A DNA stretch of 64,000 nt from an uncultured Clostridia bacterium (lineage in GTDB: Bacteria; Bacillota; Clostridia; Christensenellales; Aristaeellaceae): the NCBI GenBank assembly GCA_947596085.1, contig CANQEW010000006.1:6977-70976 (forward strand), in the 5' to 3' direction. Below, one piece after another: positions 62,511 through 64,000 of the stretch. A program made the translations under genes and the position numbers. Each line of letters begins with the position of its first letter. Position 1 is the first letter of the stretch. A model generated the notes under the pieces. It did no database searches. It was given only the letters and a program-made list of their open reading frames with translations, and had not been told where the DNA came from.

Positions 62511-63992
62511 TTATTGAAGCCCATTTGATTCAAACGTAAAGCCGCAGATCAGCCGCCGGGGCGGCTCGTTCAGCCGGAAGCGCAGCAGGTAGCAGCCGCC
62601 GGGGAAGGCCGCTCCGCCAGAGATTTCGGCGAATTCCGGAAGCATGTCCGCGTCCCAGCTCACGTCCACCGGGCCGAGGCGCACGCCGTCGGGCAGGGGC
62701 TCGGGACGCTGGACTGTGACGAAGCGGAATTCCAGCTCCCGAACCGCTTCGGTGAATTCGAACGCATCCACCAGGCGCACGGTGCCGTCCCCGCGCATGG
62801 CGATCAGCGTGCGTTGATAGGCGGCCAGAGGGCAGTTGTCCGCGTAGGCGTCAGTGAGATCGGCGCTCATCAGGTCGCGCTCCCGTCCGAAGTCCGTGTC
62901 GGCGGGCACCGAGGGCACGTGGCGCGCCGGCGTGCGGCCTTCGATCAGCGGCAGGTTGTGCACGATCCCACCCGCGTCCACGAGCACGGGTTCGTTTCCG
63001 CAAAACAGCGCCACGTCTCCGGCATTCGCGCGGGAACCTGAACCCGCGATGGCGGCGCAGAGTGCGTCCACGCGGCAGACCATCAAACGGCCCATGTCGG
63101 CGCGCGCCGGACGGGCGGGCGCGGCGGTCTCGTCGCGCGCGGCGCGCATGTATTCCATGCTCAGGACGCGCCCGTTCAGGCTGAAGCAGGGGCGGGGATC
63201 GCTACGGTCGAGCCACGCGCCCAGCGCGCAGAGCTCCCGGTCGCGGGTCAGATAGCCCAGGCGGAACAGATCCATACCGGCCACGTCGGGGCGCATGTCC
63301 TCCCCGTCGGGATCGAAGAAACAGTCGCCAGCGAGCCAGGGAACGAACACGCCGTCCAGCCAGACGTCCGACGGGCATTCGTTGGTGAGGTCGAGCTCGC
63401 CCCGGGTGAGCCGCTTGAGCAGCCGTGCGAGATCCGCCAGCGCGCAGGCATCCGCCACACGTTCCGCCAGCGGCGCGCTCCCCGGGTCCGGACGGGCACA
63501 GAGCCTGTCTAACAGTCGAAGCAGCACCTTTACGGGCTGCTGGCGGCGGGAGGGATTGCGCTCCATCAGCAGGCAGGCGATCAGCAGGTCGCTGAGGATC
63601 AGCGCCGGGCACCTGCCCCCGCCGAGCATGAAGGGGTAGTCCTCCTGCGCCAGCAACGGAGAGAACAGCCGCCGGCGCACTTCGCCCGAGAGCAGGCCGG
63701 GGATGCGCGGATCGCGCTCGATGAGTTTCGCACGGTGGCGGCGCAGCGTCCAACCCAGCAGCACGCCGGTCTCAGCGGCCTGTACGTCGATGGTAGGATG
63801 GGCGGGATCGTCGAAGCCGTCGGAATCCTCCGACCAGCGTCCCTCCTCGCAGATCATCGAGATCAGATCGACGATTCGGTCCAGCGCGGCGGCGTTGGGT
63901 TCCACCCAGAGAAAGGCTTCGAGCTGCTCGCGGCGCTCCCGCTGGACGCGCGCCCAGCGATCCGGATGCGCGAGGCGCTCGGAGAGAGGCAT
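62511..63992 (-). CDS. Heparinase II/III-like (polysaccharide-lyase-fold) protein; tentative, and possibly extending beyond the window edge
   Basis: 493-aa ORF. The N-terminal half resembles the alginate-lyase/heparinase II/III N-domain as recalled from memory. The frame is still open in the 8 nt upstream of the ATG at 63992, so the true start may be outside the window. Confidence 0.4.
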   Translation of the reverse strand: MPLSERLAHPDRWARVQRERREQLEAFLWVEPNAAALDRIVDLISMICEEGRWSEDSDGFDDPAHPTIDVQAAETGVLLGWTLRRHRAKLIERDPRIPGLLSGEVRRRLFSPLLAQEDYPFMLGGGRCPALILSDLLIACLLMERNPSRRQQPVKVLLRLLDRLCARPDPGSAPLAERVADACALADLARLLKRLTRGELDLTNECPSDVWLDGVFVPWLAGDCFFDPDGEDMRPDVAGMDLFRLGYLTRDRELCALGAWLDRSDPRPCFSLNGRVLSMEYMRAARDETAAPARPARADMGRLMVCRVDALCAAIAGSGSRANAGDVALFCGNEPVLVDAGGIVHNLPLIEGRTPARHVPSVPADTDFGRERDLMSADLTDAYADNCPLAAYQRTLIAMRGDGTVRLVDAFEFTEAVRELEFRFVTVQRPEPLPDGVRLGPVDVSWDADMLPEFAEISGGAAFPGGCYLLRFRLNEPPRRLICGFTFESNGLQ

Positions 63993-64000
63993 GAAGCGCG

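Noticed and set aside
1-64000. CRISPR arrays, rRNA or tRNA genes, toxin-antitoxin pairs and known defence systems.
   Set aside because: I saw no spaced direct-repeat arrays and no cloverleaf-compatible intergenic sequences; all intergenic gaps are short and explained by promoters or terminators. I saw no nuclease, methylase, Cas or abortive-infection-type gene signatures.

Overview
A 64 kb chromosomal segment from a high-GC Firmicutes (Clostridia-type) genome. The taxonomic call rests on gene content: hprK, the sepF-yggT-ylmH-divIVA cluster, long-form hpf, GGAGG ribosome-binding sites and TTGACA-17-TATAAT promoters. I support about 60 protein-coding genes, one interrupted transporter gene, about 19 hairpin terminators and about 18 consensus sigma-A-type promoters. 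I found no rRNA, tRNA, CRISPR array, transposase or integrase.

Gene content is mostly housekeeping:
- Translation: gltX, asnS, hpf.
- Cell-division tail cluster: HlyD-like, yggS, sepF, yggT, ylmH, divIVA, followed by DUF5665, lspA and rluD.
- Other core functions: lgt, pncB, topB, ilvA, ilvBNC, pyk, dapF, pepT, hprK, glucokinase, fpg and nfo.
- Several transporters and several cell-wall proteins that carry peptidoglycan-binding domains.

Many long ORFs in the six-frame track are antisense or out-of-frame shadows typical of GC-rich DNA, and I discarded them. Several track ORFs were trimmed to internal starts that have proper RBS spacing, including TTG or GTG starts for mntP, pepT, the MBOAT gene, the DUF5665 gene and the aldolase gene.

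The most interesting observations are:
1. The roughly 270 nt ilvBNC leader has a perfect promoter, a 40-codon Ile/Leu/Val-rich ORF and a strong intrinsic terminator just before the ilvB RBS. It looks like a leader-peptide attenuator rather than a T-box.
2. A sharply bounded 2.5 kb low-GC insertion carries an MBOAT O-acyltransferase and an SGNH/DltD-like partner. It sits between a DUF815 ATPase gene and ilvA, and similar 22-nt sequences flank it.
3. A PocR-AraC-controlled cassette (isomerase, FGGY kinase, class II FBP-type aldolase) has no known substrate, and a second orphan isomerase paralog lies elsewhere in the window.
4. An EamA transporter gene is broken by a single in-frame TGA.
5. mntP lacks the usual Mn riboswitch.
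6. Several inverted repeats overlap promoters.

I see no clear defence system or mobile element. All functional calls come from motif recognition by eye and need database confirmation.
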